This document shows positions 62,303 through 64,000 of a stretch of 64,000 nucleotides of DNA, piece by piece. Position 1 is the stretch's first letter. Every line of letters starts with the position of its first letter. This stretch comes from Marsupella aquatica (taxonomy: Eukaryota > Plantae > Marchantiophyta), in contig OZ316893.1 in the NCBI GenBank assembly GCA_973895155.1, positions 2,254,420-2,318,419 on the forward strand, given 5' to 3'. The notes beneath the pieces are model-generated. The model saw only the letters and a program-made list of their open reading frames with translations. It had not been told where the DNA came from and did no database searches. The position numbers and the translations under genes are program-made.

Positions 62303-64000
62303 TGTTGAGCATAGACGACGATCGCAACGGCAAGCCCATGAACCATCCAACGCACAATAGTCGACACAGAGAGATATGTGGTTCACCTCCACATGAAGCT
62401 ACGTCCACGGGAACACACAAGAACTTTACTGCACTCTAGGCCGACCGGCCATACCAAGCATGCACAGCACAAGCTCTCCCTATCTCTCAACTGGCTCCGT
62501 AACAATGAGTCTGAGTTCCACCTCTCCAAGCAAACATCGCTTGGTTATAGAGTGTGCACAACATGACTAACCTAACCAAATATGCGATTAAGGTTAGTCT
62601 TAATTACGGTATATTCGTAACTCTAGACCTAAGAGTAAATCTTAACAATCTCCTCCTTGACTCTGGTCTAGGGGAGGGTAAAGACTGCTACCAATATGAC
62701 TGCTCAACGGGAAGTTCTGGAAAGGAAAACCAAACCGGTTTTTCCCTCTTTATACGAGAGTAGACCAAAACTAAGCCGTAGCCTATACAAGGAATAAGCA
62801 AGAGCATATCTCAGTATCTACACAAATATTAAGTAACCCTACTTGTGAGGCAATTGCAAAACCTGCAACACATCACGGTGTCTAGAAAAACTCTCCAAAG
62901 GAATCACTTTGGTAAAAGCGTAAGCCGGGTTGAGTTTACCGTCAATCCTGACTAGCTCAAACATATTATCAGACACAGCCTGCCTGATAAAATGGTACCT
63001 AACGTCGATGTGCTTCACTCTGCTGTCCATCACCTGGTTCACAGCAAGGTGGAGTGCACTTTGACTATCACAATGGAGGTTCACATTCCCCTTGTGGCAA
63101 TCCCATCTCAGTGATAAGTCTATCCAACCAAATCGCTTCCTTTGCTGTTTTCGCTGTTGCAACATACTCCGCTTCTGTAGTAGACTGAGCAATACACTTA
63201 TGCAAAGTAGACCTCCAACTTATGCATCCACCTCCAAGTGTGAACACATAACCTGTTGTTGACCTCCTCCGATCCAGATCCTGTGCATAGTCAGCATCTA
63301 CATAGCCCATCAATGATCTAGCATTATCAGCATGTGCATCAAACAATAGACCATGATTCACGGTACCCTTCAAATACCGAATAATCCACTTCACTACTTT
63401 CCAGTGTACTTTCCCTGGATTCGACATGTACCTGCTCACCTTGCCCATAGCCATGGCAAGATCAGGTCTAGTGCAAGTCATCAAATACATGAGACTCCCC
63501 ACTGCCTTGTCATACGGGACCTTTGACATCAACCCCTTCTCTGTGTCATCTGTAGGACAGAATGCTAATGATAACTTGAAATGTGGAGCCAACGGGGTAC
63601 TTACTGGCTTGCTATTCCCCATGTTGAACCTTGCAATTACCTTCCTCGCATAATTGCTCTGTGTCAACCATAGTTTGCCAGTCTCCAAGTCCCTAGTGAT
63701 CTCCATACCCAAAATCCTCTTAGCTGGCCCTAGTCCTTCATCTTAAACTCTGCACTAAACAGTGCCTTGAGCTTAACAATCTCAGACCTATCCTTGGCTG
63801 CAATTAGCATGTCATCCACATAAAATACTAAAACAATGAACCCAAAGATAACATTCTTCACCGGTTTAAGATACACACATGGGTCAAACACACTCCTGTG
63901 AAAGCCTTGTGCACGAATCCAATCATCAAACCGCTTATTCCACTGTCTTGGTGACTGCTTCAACCCGTACAAGGATCTCAGCAATCTGCAAACCAAATCC
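62303..64000 (-). mobile_element. Second Ty1/Copia element of the same lineage (3' LTR 62303-62647, RT-RNase H), running off the window
   Basis: TGTTGAGCAT...CTTAACA LTR (345 bp) followed by the PPT complement ATCTCCTCCTT. Candidate TSD CAAAC at 62298-62302. Confidence 0.95.
62839..64000 (-). pseudogene. Copia RT-RNase H with two 1-nt frameshifts
   Basis: SLYGLKQSPRQW, YVDDML, TRPDL, GYVDAD, STTEAEY, KHIDVRYHFIR; frameshifts near 63730 and 63090. Confidence 0.93.

Overview
Eukaryotic land-plant nuclear DNA. A non-seed plant (bryophyte or lycophyte type) is my inference from gene style and the presence of an RLE-type retroelement, and I cannot name the species. Five intact genes were reconstructed by hand: an 8-exon RBP47/RBP47B'-type RNA-binding protein (+, 16632-22641), a 2-exon GH19 chitinase-like gene (-, 27687-29211), a 15-exon TFIIH p52/TFB2 (+, 33027-38643), a 2-exon non-RD FLS2-like LRR receptor kinase (-, 40337-44327) and an intronless thylakoid ADP/ATP carrier-like gene (+, 58903-60246). 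The first 14 kb is a transposon nest: a Harbinger transposase pseudogene broken by a Copia solo LTR, a decayed PLS-type PPR gene, and an L1 relic carrying a mariner/pogo-type MITE plus an internally deleted Copia element that itself holds a 1.85-kb solo LTR. A related Copia element begins at 62303 and runs off the window. The intergenic DNA also has a CRE-like (RLE) retroelement 3' end, SINE-like and MITE-like repeats and several minisatellites. I found no clear multi-gene novel system. The best leads are (i) a pro-domain-like acidic insert on the receptor kinase, (ii) one RBP47 gene able to encode both known RBP47 C-termini, (iii) a GH19 protein intermediate between chitinases and CTL proteins, (iv) U3-swapped Copia LTRs with a gag-RT fusion and (v) the RLE retroelement. 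All alignments were done by eye, and comparisons to known proteins are from memory.
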